Shown here: positions 38,892-52,941 of the stretch, one piece after another
How the letters are laid out: every line of letters starts with the position of its first letter
Position numbering within the stretch: position 1 is the stretch's first letter
From: Selaginella moellendorffii
Lineage: Eukaryota; Plantae; Lycopodiophyta
Direction of reading: 5' to 3'
Length of the DNA: 64,000 nucleotides
Assembly (NCBI RefSeq): GCF_000143415.4
Contig: NW_003314266.1
Location: forward strand, 3,160,607 to 3,224,606
Made by a program: the position numbers and the translations under genes
The notes under the pieces: generated by a model
Databases searched by the model: none
What the model was told of the DNA's origin: nothing
What the model saw: the letters and a program-made list of their open reading frames with translations, nothing else

Positions 38892-40045
38892 CTGAGATTC
38901 TGGTTTGACAAGAGAGTGATTTATCTCTGATTTTGGCTCGACCAACTTTGTACCCTCAGAATTTTCAACCTTGCCCCCACAATCCTGTTAAAAAAAAGGA
39001 TCACAAGTAATAAGAGTAATTTACCTGCGACTTGAGCAGCACCATCTCTGTTATGCCCTGAGAATGCATTATGTCACATACGGCCGCATCCTTGGCCACC
39101 ATGTCCTGGACACCAAGCGTGTCCCAAAGACCATCGTCAAAGAGTGCCTTAGCAGGGACAAGCTTGGCACCAGACCCACTCGGCAGCACGTCACGTAGAG
39201 CATCTTCGGAGAAAAAGAGGCCCATCTTTCTATTGACGCCAATGCCGCGGAGATCCACCACACCGCACTTTCTGATCCCGATCGCGTCCACAGCGTTCAG
39301 CTCCTTGACAGGATCCTGTCTGCGGTCACGAGACGCCTGGATGACCTTCCTGGCCGACATTGTCATTGGCATGCCCCGGTAGTCCTCGTAGTTGACAACC
39401 CAGTCCAGAGCTCCATACTCCAATGCCTTGGTGGGAACCGCCAGAAGGATGTAGCCGGTGGAGACCCGATTTCGCCAGATGGAATCCGCTTCCTTATAGA
39501 CGAGGACTTGTTTAGCATCGAGCTTTCCTAGAGTTTCATCGATCACGAATTGCGCAGGAGGGCCTTGCCACCGCAGGCCGAGCTCGAATGTGGAGATGCA
39601 GCCCACGGCTTCGATGCTCCTGATCTGGCATGGTTCCAGCGGCGTCATTGAAGGCTCCATCTCGTTGTCATACACGTAGGCTGGAATGCTCCAAGGCGCT
39701 CCCCAGTAAAGGGCATTTGCGTGTGTACGACGCTTCTTGGGACAGATGTTTCCATGAGCGTAGCTCAGGTGATCGAGCAACGTCGTGTCGGGGCAGCCAT
39801 ATGCAGTGAACTCCCGGTTGTAGCAGATATCGGAGAAGAGGAACAAGGAGGTGGTGGTGTTATCATAGACGAGCTTGAGAGGAGGAGCAGGAGTACGAAC
39901 ACGAGCACGAGCTCGGACTCGAGCTTCCGCGAGTGTGCTGCATCCGCGGGCAGATCCACCGATAACTCCTGCGCCCACAAGCTAAAATGTCAGCCGAGGT
40001 CTTGCGCTCTTCTACTCACTCACCTAACAGCCGCCGCCACACCAT
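38892..40045 (-). CDS. Unknown spliced gene X, copy 2 (main exon open)
   Basis: 325-aa ORF 39001-39978; intron 39024-38985; 93-nt exon 38984-38892 (DCGGKVENS...ESQ); N-terminal frame uncertain. Confidence 0.65.
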
Positions 40046-43000
40046 GCCGTCTAACCAGAGTCTCAGATCCACCGCTAGATGTAGTCACGTTTAACCCTTG
40101 CCGCTGAAAAATATCTAGATATTTTCTTGGAAAAGTATCACCCAAGATCAAGCACAAAAAGAGAAAAGGAAGATTGAAGAACATGCTCCCACACCCGTTC
40201 GCCACGCCCTCGTGCCTCATTCAGCCATGGCCAGCTTGCCAATCCCTTCAGCCATGGACTGGCCGCGAGCTGGCCAGTCTCATTCAGCCATGCGAGCTGA
40301 CCATGAGAGCCTGAAAAAAAAAACTGGGAACAAGAACACATAGCCACGGCCATGGCTGTGGCCGCCATGGTCGTGGCCGCATTGCTATGGCCTCCCCATC
40401 ACCTCTAAAATCCAAGAATGCCCATCTATGGAAAGATCTCTATTTCTCCTTGAAATTTAGTCATGTGGTTTATATTAATAATAATTAATAATATTAATGT
40501 TAAGAGAAAAGTTTAAGAAGAAAAATCACAATAAGAATATTCTAAAATATGCTTAAATATTCTAGATATATTCCTTACAGATCAAATCTTAATAATTATC
40601 ATTTAAATGTTAATCATTATATCAAAAAAGAAATAGGATTAAAAAAAAATCAAATGATATTATGATACCATGATAGAAATGTTGTATATTGATTTCCAAC
40701 TTTGGATGAATGTAGACAATTTCCCTAGGTCCTTTATTAAATGCCGCTCTGAAAGTACAAAAACTTCTAAATTAGAAATTAAAATCTTCTAGAAAGATCC
40801 ATGTTGCCCATCTGATCACATTGTTAGCTAAGCAATTTGGGCACAACACCACAATGGGCAAACTCAAGGAACTAAGGAAACAACTTAAGCTTAGCATATC
40901 ATAAATCATTATTGAGAATCTAGTCAAGGCTACTTCAATGTTATTATATGTAAGTAGACTAACTTCATCATCAACCACTTTGGAGTTGATCATCATTTAA
41001 CCAAGCAACTTCGTAAATATATTACTCAATATTACATGGATATAATATAAAATTACAATGTCTTGATCATCAATTGAGCAACACCATGAGCGATACCCAT
41101 GTTATTACTTCAAAGGTTTATGTGACTATCAAGTGCTAACTTGATTCGACAAAATGCAACATAAATGTCACACTCCACTAATAAAGATTTACAACACCCA
41201 ATACCACTAACTTTTATTCACAACACAGACAAATTCATGCCACTCTTTTTTCGACCAAACTCAAAACTAATCTAACACCAAGCTACTTAAGGAGCAATAA
41301 CAAGGTTTTCTGGAAAAGAATTAAGCATTGCAACCCAAGTCTCCAATAGCAAGCTTAGACAAAATGGCTTAGTGCTTCACTGCTATCCATCCCATAACTC
41401 ACCATTTATAAGACCATCATATCTAACATGCATCCTTGATTGCATATTGTGAACACAAGCAATGAGTCACACCCCGTTGCAAATCATTTTTCCAAAAGGA
41501 GAAAATGATTTACATATTTAATCCTTCGTCCCTAATAACTCTCTTTTCAGCCTTGTCCTCTCGACGTGCTACTCCTCAAGGATAGGCCCACTCCTAGGAC
41601 CTTCCGATGCCAATATCAATGGTGATATACTTAAGCACCAATAAAAGTCGGACTAAGGAATAGCTCCGATACCAAGTTGTAAGCGACTAATTTTTCCATT
41701 CTACTTTAGTCACTTAACCACACCTTCGACCGCTTGAAGGAGTCTCATTCACAACCTCCTTAAGTCCAATTCAGGACTTGGCTACTTTGACCAAACCTCA
41801 AGCTTGCTTTCGCATTACTTTCAGTTCAATCCAAGAAAAGTTTATAAGAAAGCACGGCAATGATTACTTGAATCAATAGACTCATCCCTACAATCTTGAT
41901 TGAGCCACTCATAATCATATTTAGGAAGGATCACTAGTGCCGTGCTAAACAGCTACGGACCAACCTATTTGCCACTCATAGCAAACCCAGGGAATGTTTA
42001 CTTTCACTCATGGTACATGGAACAACTCATGGAACCATTGGAACAACTCATGGAACCATCGATAGATTAATATTAATCCTGCCAACTCAAAGTGTAACCT
42101 TGAGTTGCTAATGTGCCTCACTTATGAGCCCAGGCACAAACTCGTGCAAACGAAGCATCTCAGTCCATCTTATGAGCCCAAGCACAAGCTCACACAATAT
42201 GGTACAAAAAGGTAACAAAATCCTTACCCAAGGAACGATTGCGAAGCCTTTACACCCAAATGTATACCCACTCGGATAATTGTTTTCATCTCTACATATA
42301 CAATGAGACTAGTTGCCCAATCTCATTGGATAGTATTCACTAAGACTATCCTCTGATACCAAATGTAGTGCACGTGGTTTTTACCCTTTATCCTATGGTG
42401 ATTTACTATAGGATAACCATGGAAGTGGAACCTAAACCCTCTATATGCCACGTGTCCAAAGGATAGTGGTGTGGAACCCGAGTTTCAAGGCCTTGGGCCA
42501 CTAAACGAAAGAACGGTGCCAAACTCCCAAGCATGGAGCTAATGTCGCGCATGTGACTTCGGGTATCGAAAGTTACCTGTCGACTTGTCCTTACGGACAC
42601 TCTTACCTTATTGCCACGATGGCAGGAGGTCGGTATTGTTGGTTACCTTTATTAGCCCCTCTTGTTCAAGTGTTAGTTTACTGGGCTTAGCATCTGTACT
42701 TAGCCAGATGGACATAAGGTAGGAACTCCTATGTGTTTCTAGCTGAGCATTCTCGGCCTAGCTCTTAGTTCTCTTTTGCTTTGTCTTGCACTGGCTTGGC
42801 AAGAACCCTCGCGTATTGAGATTGGTCCCTCAATATCGCCAGATGATAGCTTACCGTGTCTGCCAAACACCCTCGCTATCATGCCCTTTGTGTTAGTCTC
42901 ATTTCGGTCCCAAATGCTATTTATGGAAAGTGTCTAGATTTGCTCATTTAGCATATCTACGGAATGTAGAAATCGTCCTGAACACAATGGTGTTTGTCCC

Positions 43001-46000
43001 GTGTCCAAATTCGCAATCTAGGGACATTCCATATTTAGTAAGTTTCGAGCTTGTCCTAGAGACTAACTCCTGATACTAAGGGAGGCTTAGGGTGAAAGCC
43101 CAAAGCGTGTGTTCCTAAGGGGGGGGGGGGGGGGCTGTGGGGGGTTCCAAATGTATAGTAGGGATAGTGGGTAGGTCGGGCATGGCTGACCAACTTGAGG
43201 TATAGTCTAGCTCCCGCTTGTGTGCTTGTCCTTGTTCTGCGTCCGGCTTGAGTCTAAGCCCAAGTTCCATTCCATGCTAGCTAGTGGAGTACCCATATCC
43301 TCGCGTTAGGCCACCAGTATGCCGAAATAGCGCCAGACTCCGTTTAGCTCCGTTTTGCGTGTTGGTCCTGGCATTGGGATGCTAGTTACTCTAGGACTGT
43401 TCCAAGTCGCTTCGAGCTCCTGCTTCTTCGCTCCTTGGGCTTTATGCTCGGGAGTTGCTCCGTGGTTCGGTTCCGTCACTCCTTGGCTCCATGCTTGGGA
43501 GTTTGGCACCGTTCCTTCGTTCAGTGGCCCAAGGCCCTGAACCTCGGGTTCCTATGGACACGTGGCATGGACACGTGGCATGTGACACGTGGCATATGTC
43601 ACGTGGCACAAAGAGGGTTTAGGTTCCGCTTTGTGGTGTTATCCTATGGTAAATCACCATAGGATAAAGGGTTAAAACCACGTGTGCTACATTTGGTACC
43701 AGAGGAAGAGTCTCAACGAGTATTATTCAATGAGATTGGGCAACTAGTCTCGTTGCATACGTAGAGATGAAAATGATGATCCGAGTGGGTACACGTTTGG
43801 GTGCAAAGACTTCACATTTGTTCCTTGGGTATGGATTCGGTTACCTTGTTGTACCATATTCTGTGAGCTTGAGCTTGGGCTCACAAGAGGGATTGAGTTG
43901 TTCCATGTACCATGGGTAAAAGCAAACCTTCCCTAAGTTTGCTATGAGTGGCAATAGGCTGGTCTGTAGCTATTTAGCACGGCACTAGTGGATCCTTCCT
44001 AGGCATGATTACAAGTGAATCAATCAAGACTATAGGGATGAGTCTATTGATTCAAGTAACCATTGTTGTGCTCTCTCATAAACTTTTCTTGGATTGGACT
44101 GAAGGCAGTGCGAATGCAAGCTTGAGGTGTAGTCAAAGATGAGGAGTCGTCGGGGACGAAGGATCAAACACATAAATCATTTTCTCTTCTTGGAAAGATA
44201 ATTTGCAACGAGGTGTTAACTCATTGCTCGTGTTCACATTATGCAATCAAGAGTCCCTACCTTGATGCATGTTGGAAATGATCGTCTTACAAGTGGTGAG
44301 TCATGGGATGGATAGTGGTGAAACGTTATACCATTTTGTCTAAGATTGCTATGGAAGACTGGGGTTGCAATGCTCAATTCTTTTCCGGAGAACCTTGCTA
44401 TTGCTCCTTGAGTAGCTTGGTGTTGGATTAGTATTGAGTTTGGTCGGATAGAGAGTAGCATGAGCTTGTCCATATTGTGAACAAAAGTTAATGGTGTTGA
44501 GTGTTGTAAATCTCTATTGGTGGAGTGTCGCATTTATGTTGCATTTTATCGAATCGAGTTGACACTTGATAATCACATAAACCTTTGAAGTAATGACATG
44601 GGTGTTGCTCATAGTGTTGCTCAATTGATGATCAAGTCATTGTGATTACCATATCATATCCATGTGATAATGAGCAATGTGTTTACGAAGTTGCTTGGTT
44701 AAACGATGATCAACCCTAAAGTGGTTGATGGTGAAGCTAGTCTACTTACACGAAGTAGCATTGTAGTAGCTTTGACTAGATTCTCGATAGTTGCTAAGCT
44801 TAAATTGGTTCCTTAGTTCATAGAGTTTGCTCATTAAGGTGTTGGAAAGGGTTGTAGCATTCATTTGCTATAGCTCATTAGTTGATCCGTTAACATTTGG
44901 AGTAGATTGTTGGATAGAGAAGGTGTGAGGTTGAGGCATTGACATTACTAGCACTTGTGTTAGTGGAAGTGGCATTGTTATTTTAAGTGATGAGGAAGTT
45001 TCTTTAGAGCTTAATTTTCCATGTCATTTTTCTTGTTAGTGTTTTAGCTCCACATTGGATCTTGAAGGTGGTTGAAGAAGAGTGTTAGTGCAATGTGGAT
45101 ATCCGAAGATGTGGTCTTCGTGATCAAGCCTTAGATGTTCCATTTGCATTTTACGGATGTCAGTGTTGGATGTCGAAAGAATGGGTAAAAAGATGTTCAA
45201 GGCTTAAGCATATTATGGGTCATGAGAATTTGTGTTGAGGTGAACCTATGTGAAGTTGTTAGTAGGAGGAAGTTGGTTGAGTTTTGAAAGTTTGCATTCT
45301 TAGACTGAGAGTCATTCTTTCTCTAGGATGGAAATTTTTCCACAAATTTTCTTAAGCTCTTCCAATGGCTAATCTGTTGATCACTTTGTATGAAAACCAT
45401 TCCGTTTTCGTAAACTAGTACAAACTAGTGAAGGGGTTGAAGTTGACTTTGGTTAACTTAGACCTTAGTATATAGTTTGTATGATGCAGCCCGAAAGGGA
45501 TGCTAACTTTTGGGGCTAAGGCAATTGAGTTGGATAGAGTCTGGAGTTAGTGTAGAAAAGTGGCCGTTGCACTTTTCTAGAAAGGTGACGCTTGTGCCTT
45601 TCTTTTGTAGCATTATGCTTGGTGGCAGGTTGCACTTTGCATTTCGTTAGACTCTATGAGAGTAGTGAGCTCTCATTGATCTTGACTTGGTCTTGGTGGA
45701 CCTGCGCCTTGACTGAGGATAGTGATATCCAACTTAGTTGTTTGCAGTTAAGATGTTGGTACCTGTATTATAACTTTGTCTATAAGGAGGTTGTGTACCG
45801 ATATGGATCCATCTCATGGTCTTCGCTTTAGTTTCGACTAAGTGTTAATCATGCATAGCTAGCCTCTTCAAAACATGCTCAAAGCTATTGGTTAAACGTG
45901 TTAATGAGCTTATCGCGGTTGAGTTGGATTTGAGTGGTCATTTAGTTTGTGCTTGTCCATGAACCTTTATCTCATATCTGGGGTATTACATTCATGTTGG

Positions 46001-49000
46001 ACAAGTGTGTAACTCAATGGCATGAGTTAGTGTTTGGGTCTTGTGAAAGGCAAGACAAGTGATTGTTGGTTGCTTTACAACTAGTGATTGCTTGTAGACT
46101 TTGTCAAGGGCTTTTGACACTTGCTTCACTCGATGATGATTTAGCAGTGATGGGCTTGCTTTACTAGATGGGGTTGTAGAGGATCGTGTCGTTAGACTTA
46201 CATGGGTTTTCCATGTTGGCATGTCGACTCTACCTCTATTGATATCATTTGGTTGCGTTTAATTCATAGTGTTGGATTTCATTGAGTCTTGGACGTGGTG
46301 ATTCACTCCTTGAGAAAGTGTTATCTATAACTGAGTTTTGCTAAAAGATTGGTCTCGGATACTAACTAAAGTATCTTCGACCTTGGTTAGTTTGGTTGCT
46401 AGAGAACTTTGAGTGGTGATACACTCGTGCTTTCTTCTAGCTTTGTTCTAGTGTTGATGGCATTGAAGTGATGCCTTATCGTTGACATTGTCGATGTTGA
46501 AATTTTAGTGAAATGAGATGCCTCTCTGCAAGATTGATGTTGAGTTTCATTAATTTTGATGAAGATAGTGTTGATGATTTGGCTATAGCTTTGTGTTATT
46601 AGCATTCTTGCATTTGCTAGTTAGCAATTGTGTTGACGTTCAAATGAACTGAGTGGCAAGTTTGAGTTAGTTGTGTTCTAAACGAGATTATTTAGTAGGG
46701 GTTAAGCTTTAGCTTTTCCTTGAAAAATGATTCAGTTGTGGACTATGCTAACTCTACAAGCAAAAGAGTTAATAATTGATATTGGAATGTTTGAATCCTT
46801 ATTGGATTTGAGTTGGAATATATTGATCATTGATGATTCTTCTTGTGCTTGTTATAAAGTGAGTTACGTCTTGCTATAGATGGATTCATGGAGGATCGTT
46901 TGGTGATCACTTGTTAAGCATAGTTTCGTTATGCTTAGCTTTTGGATTGATGCAGATATGCTCTTCATTAACTTTGGCATTATGAAGTTTAGCTTATAAA
47001 TGTGTTGAGGAAGATATTGTGGGTTGCACCATAATTTCTTCTTTAGCATTGAAGTTAGTTCATGTGAGACTTGTGATCATTGTTAGAAAAGATTTGGCTA
47101 TAGACTTCTTCAAACTTTTGGTTCTTTGAGTTTTATGCTTGTTATTCCATTTGTTAGAAGTTGTTGGGGAAGGCATTATGGCTCATTAGCTTCAATATTG
47201 AAGTTGGCTTTTGCATTTTGCAGTCATTGGTGATGATTAATTATCATCTAAGATAATTGATTATCCTTATCAAAGGTTTTGCTTGATTATTGTTGATAGA
47301 TTGTTTTTTCGATGATGATTATGCATATCTCTTTTGATGGGATGATCGATGATCTTTCATGGTGGTTAGTTGTTATCTTTGATGGCTTTTGGCTTTTAGC
47401 AATACTACATGTTTTTTGTGGTTTGCTCTGGATTGGTCTTTTGGGTTTGAGACATCAGTAGGATGTTTTTGACACTTGCTTAGGCAACTTAAGTTCCTTA
47501 GTATTGTTGGCTGGGATCTATTTGGATTGGCTCGTGTGATAGTTGATATGACCGAGTGTTTGTTGGCCATGCAACATTCATTCTATTTTGTTGATTATTG
47601 CTCAAGTTTATTCTGATAGATTGGAATGTTATTTCCTCCGAGTGATACATTCGCGAGCATTTTGCTTGCTTGACGATGATACTTTGTGTTCTTTGAGTTC
47701 CCTTTTCTAAGTTGTTTGGCATTCTATCTGCAATCTTTGATAGTTAAGTTTGGTCATTGAGTTTTCTTGATGATACACTTGCTATTGAATTTTGTTGGAT
47801 GGTCATTCTTGTGTTTGCCAAATTATGATGATCTTGGTGGTTCCTATCTACAATATTATTAGTTTATCGGATGATAACTTACTTGGAATACTTTTGTGTT
47901 CTAATCTAAGATATACTCATTGATAATTAAGTTTCTAAGATATCATTGTTTATGACTTTGATATTGTCCCTCTATTGATCTTTGAGTTTGGGCCAGTATA
48001 GGCAGACTGGCTTCGGCACTTCCTATGCATGTTGAAATCTTTAGTCATGGGGTAGCTACTGTCGACTGGTCACATAACCCGCCTCTCTGTTGATATTTCT
48101 TATTCTGTTAAAAGGGCGTGACCATGTAAACAACTCTAACTGTCTGTTTACAGTAGTCTATCTAAACCTTACCGACGGGTTTGGTTTCTTTGCTCAGGAG
48201 GGTTGGGGCCTCTGGCTTCTCTCTCTATGTCCTTGCGGGCAGGGGCGTATCACACTTTTGTAAGCTGGGTGACTCCCAGAGCAGCAAGGGTGGCTAACTC
48301 CATTGGTCATTTCCTTGTCGGCAACGGCCGGAAGGTGTCTGAGCTGGTAGCGCATCCGCGTTAGACAAAGAGGTTGCCTCCTAACTCATTTAAGTTGGTG
48401 CATTTCTCACATAGTGTGAATATTGTGAACTTTCTCTAGAGTTGTTTCCTTGGCGGTATTCTAGACTCGAGTGTGCATCGACGAGGACGTCGATCTTCCC
48501 TAGGGGGGGAGAGTGTCGCACATGTGACTTCGGGTATCAAAAGTTACCTGTCAACCTGTCCTTACGGACACTCTTACCTTACTGCCATGATGGCAGGAGG
48601 TCGGTATTGCTGGTTCCCTTTATCAGCCCCTCTTGTTCAAGTGTTAGTTTACTGGGCTTAGCATCTGTACTTAGCCAGATGGACATAAGGTAGGAACTCC
48701 TATGTGTTTCTAGCTGAGCATTCTCGGCCTGGCTCTTAGTTCTCTTTTGCTTTGTCTTGCACTGGCTTGGCAAGAACCCTCGCGTATTGAGATTGGTCCC
48801 TCAATATCGCCGGATGATAGCTTACCGTGTGTAGCGCACGTGGTTTTGACCCTTTATCCTATGGTGATTTACCATAGGATAACACCACGAAGCGGAACCT
48901 AAACCCTCTTTGTGCCACGTGACAGATGCCACGTGTCACATGCCACGTGTCCATGCCACGTGTCCATAGGAACCCGAGGTTCAGGGCCTTGGGCCACTGA

Positions 49001-52000
49001 ACGAAGGAACGGTGCCAAACTCCCAAGCGTGACGCCAAGGAGTGATGGAACCGGACCACGGAGCAACTCCCGAGCATATAGCCCAAGGAGCGAAGGGACA
49101 GGGGCCCGGAGCGACTTGGAACAGTCCTAGAGCAACCAGCATCCCAATGCTAGGACCAGCACGCAAAACGGAGCCAAACGGAGTCTGGCGCTATTTCGGC
49201 ATACCGGTGGCCTAACGTGAGAGTATGGGTACTCCACCAACTAGCATGGAATGGAACTTGGGCTTAGACCCAAGCCGGACGCAGAACAAGGACAGGCACG
49301 CAAGCGGGAGCTAGACTATGCCTCAGGTTGGTCGGCCATGCCCGACCTACCCACTATCCCTACTATACATTTGGAACCCCCCATAGCCCCCCCCCCTTGA
49401 GGAACACACGCTTTGGGCTTTCACCCCAAGCCTCCCTTAGTATCAGGAGTTAGTCTCTGGGACAAGCTCAAAACTTACTAAATATGGAATGTCCCTAGAT
49501 TGCGAATTTGGACATGGGACGAACACCATTATGTTCAGGACGATCTCTACATTCCGTAGATATGCCAAATGAGCAAATCTGGACACTTTCCATAAATAGC
49601 ATTGGGACCAAAATGAGACTAACACAAAGGGCATGATAGCGAGGGTGTTTGGCAGACACGGTAAGCTATCATCTAGCGATGTTGAGGGACCAATCTCAAT
49701 ATCGCGGGGGTTCTTGATACTAGCAAGTGCAAGCCAATGACTCAAGTTTCTCAAACCAGGCCGAGTATGCTCAGCAAGAAACACATAGGGTTCCTACCTT
49801 ATGTTTATCCAATCTAAGTGCATGTTCATTGACCAGTTTCTCAACTAGTTCAAGTGGGAACTGATAACGGGTCCAGCAATACCGACCTCCTGCCATCGTG
49901 GCAGTAAGGTAAGAGTGTCCGTAAGGACTGGCCGACAGGTAACTTTCGATACCTGAAGTCACATTCGCGACACTCTCCCCCCCTTGGGAAGATCGACGTC
50001 CTCGTCGATGCACACTCGAGTCTAGAATACCGCCAAGGAAACAACTCCAGAAAAAGTTCACGGTACTCACACTATGTGAGAAATGCACCAACTTAAATGA
50101 GTTAAGGGGGCAACCTCTTTGTCTAACACGGATGCGCTACCAGCTCAGACACCTTCCGGCCGTCGCCGACAAGGAAATGACCAACGGAGTCAGCCACCCT
50201 TGCTGCTCTGGGAGTCACCCAGCTTACAAAAGTGTGATATGCCCCTGCCCGCAGGAACATAGAGAGAGAAGCCAGAGGCCCCAACCCTCCTAAGCAAAGA
50301 AACCAAACCCGTCGGTAAGGTTTAGATAGACTACTGTCAACAGGCAGTTTAGAGTTGTTTACACGGTCACGCCCTTTCACGGAACAAGGAACATCGACAG
50401 AGAGGCGGGTTATGTGACCAGTCGACAGTAGCTACCCCATGACTAGAGATTTCACCATGCACACGAAGTGCCGAAGCCAGTCTGCCTATACTGGCCCAAA
50501 CTCAAAGAGCAATAGATGGACAATATCAAAGTCAGAGACAATGATATCTGAGAAGCTTAATTACTAGTGATTATATCTTAGAGTAGAACACAAAAGTATT
50601 CTAAGCAAGTTATCATCCGATAAACCAGTAGTATTGTAGATAGGAACCACCAACAGATTATCATAATTTGGCAAACACAGGAATGACCATCCAACAAAAT
50701 TCAATAGCTAGTATATCATTAAGGAAACTCAATGATGAAACTTAACTATCGAAGATAGTAGACAGTAAGCCAACAACTTACTAGAGAGAACTCAAAGAAC
50801 ACAAAGTATCATTGACTAACAAGCACAATGCTCGCGAATGTATCACCTAAAGGAAATAACATCCAAATCTATCAAAACTAACTCGAGCAATGATCAACAG
50901 AAGAGAATGAATGTGGTAAGACCAACAAACACTCATTTCTGCCAACTATCACAAAAGCCAATCTGAATAGATCCCAGCCAACAATACCAAGGAACTCAAG
51001 TTGCCTAAGCAAGTGTCAGCAACATCCTACTGACGTCTCAAACCCAAGAGACCAATCCAGAGCAAACCACAAAGAATATGTGGTATTGCGAAAAGCCACA
51101 AGCCATCAAAGAGAACAACTAACCACCATAAAAGATCATCAATCATCCTATCAATAGAGAAATGCATAATCATCATCGAAGAAAGAATCGACTATCCCGA
51201 AGAACAGCAAATCATTCTATACCAACAATAATCAAGCAAAACCCTTGACAAGGATAATCAACTATCTTAGATGATAGTCAATTATCACCAATGATTGCTA
51301 GATGCAAAAGCAAACGTCAACATCGAAGCTAATGAGCCAAAATGCCTTCCCCAACAACTTCTAACAAATGGAACAATGAGCATAAAACTCAAAGAACCAA
51401 AGCTCGAAGAAGCCTATAACTAAGTCTTGCCTAATAATGATCACGAGTCACATAGAAGCTAACTTCAATGCTAAAGAAGAAATCATGGTGCAACCCACAA
51501 TATCTTCCTCAACACATCCATAAGCCAAACTTCATAATGCCAAGGCTAATGAAGAGCGTATTTGCATCAATCCAAAAGCTAAGTATAACGAAGCTATGCT
51601 CAACACGTGATCATCAAACGATCCTCCATGAATCCATCTATAGCAAGACGTAACTCACTTCATAACAAGCTCAAAAAGAATCATTAATGATTGCTATATT
51701 CCGAACTCAAATCCAGCAAGGACTCAACATTCTAATATCGATCACTAACTCTTCTTCTCGTAGAGTTAGCATAGTCCACGACTAAATCACTTTTCAAGGA
51801 AAAGCTAAAGCTCAACCCTCTACTAAATAATCTTGTCTAGAACACAACTAACTCAACTTGCCACTCAGTTCGTTTGAACGTCAACACAGTTGCTAACTAG
51901 CAAATGCACGAATGCCAACAACACAAAGCTATAGCCAAATCATCAACACTATATTCATCAAGACTAATGAAACTCAATATCAATCTTTTGGAAGGATATC

Positions 52001-52699
52001 TCATTTCACTCAGATCTCAATATCAACAATGTCAATGACAAAGCATCACTTCAATGCCATCAACACCAAAACAAAGCTAGAAGAAAGCATGAGTGAATCA
52101 CCACTCGGAGCTTTCCAGCAACCAAGCTAACCAAGGTCGAAGATACTTTAATTAGTAACCGAGACCAATCCTTTAGCAAAACTCAGTTACAGATAACACT
52201 TCCTCAAGGAGTGAGTCACCACATTCAAGACTCAATGAAATCCAACACTACGGACAAAATGTAACCAAATGATATCAACAGAGGTAGAGTCAACATGCCA
52301 ACATGAAAAACTCATGTAAGTCTAACGACACGATCCTCCACAACACCATCCGGTAAAGCAAGCCCATCACTGCTAAATTATCATCGAGCAAAGCAAGTAT
52401 CAACAGTCTTTTTGACAAAGTCTACAAGTAATCACGAGTCGCAAAGCAACTAACAATCACCCTTTAACTTGCCTTCACAAGACCCAAACACTAACTCTTG
52501 TCATCAAGTTATATACTTGTCCAACATGAACATAATACCCCAAGTACGAGATAAAAGTTCATAGACAAGCACAAACTAAATGACTACTCGAATCCAACTC
52601 AACCGCAATAAGCTCACTAATGCATTTAGTCAACAGTTCTGAGCATGCCTTGAAAGAGCTAGCTATGCATGATCAACACTCAGCTGAAACTAAAGTGAA

Positions 52700-52941
52700 N
52701 NNNNNNNNNNNNNNNNNNNNNNNNNNNNNNNNNNNNNNNNNNNNNNNNNNNNNNNNNNNNNNNNNNNNNNNNNNNNNNNNNNNNNNNNNNNNNNNNNNNN
52801 NNNNNNNNNNNNNNNNNNNNNNNNNNNNNNNNNNNNNNNNNNNNNNNNNNNNNNNNNNNNNNNNNNNNNNNNNNNNNNNNNNNNNNNNNNNNNNNNNNNN
52901 NNNNNNNNNNNNNNNNNNNNNNNNNNNNNNNNNNNNNNNNN
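52700..52941. other. Assembly gap (others at 55561-55660 and 57618-57717)
   Basis: N runs. Confidence 1.

Noticed and set aside
40200-40390. GC-rich CCATGG palindromic repeats upstream of gene X copy 2
   Set aside because: Short imperfect repeats with no boundaries or TSD; cannot support a MITE or regulatory call.
43306-43662. Recurrent small ORFs (MGFMLGSCS..., MRVGPGIG...) seen in four places
   Set aside because: They lie inside family A LTRs; recurrence reflects repeat copies, not coding selection.
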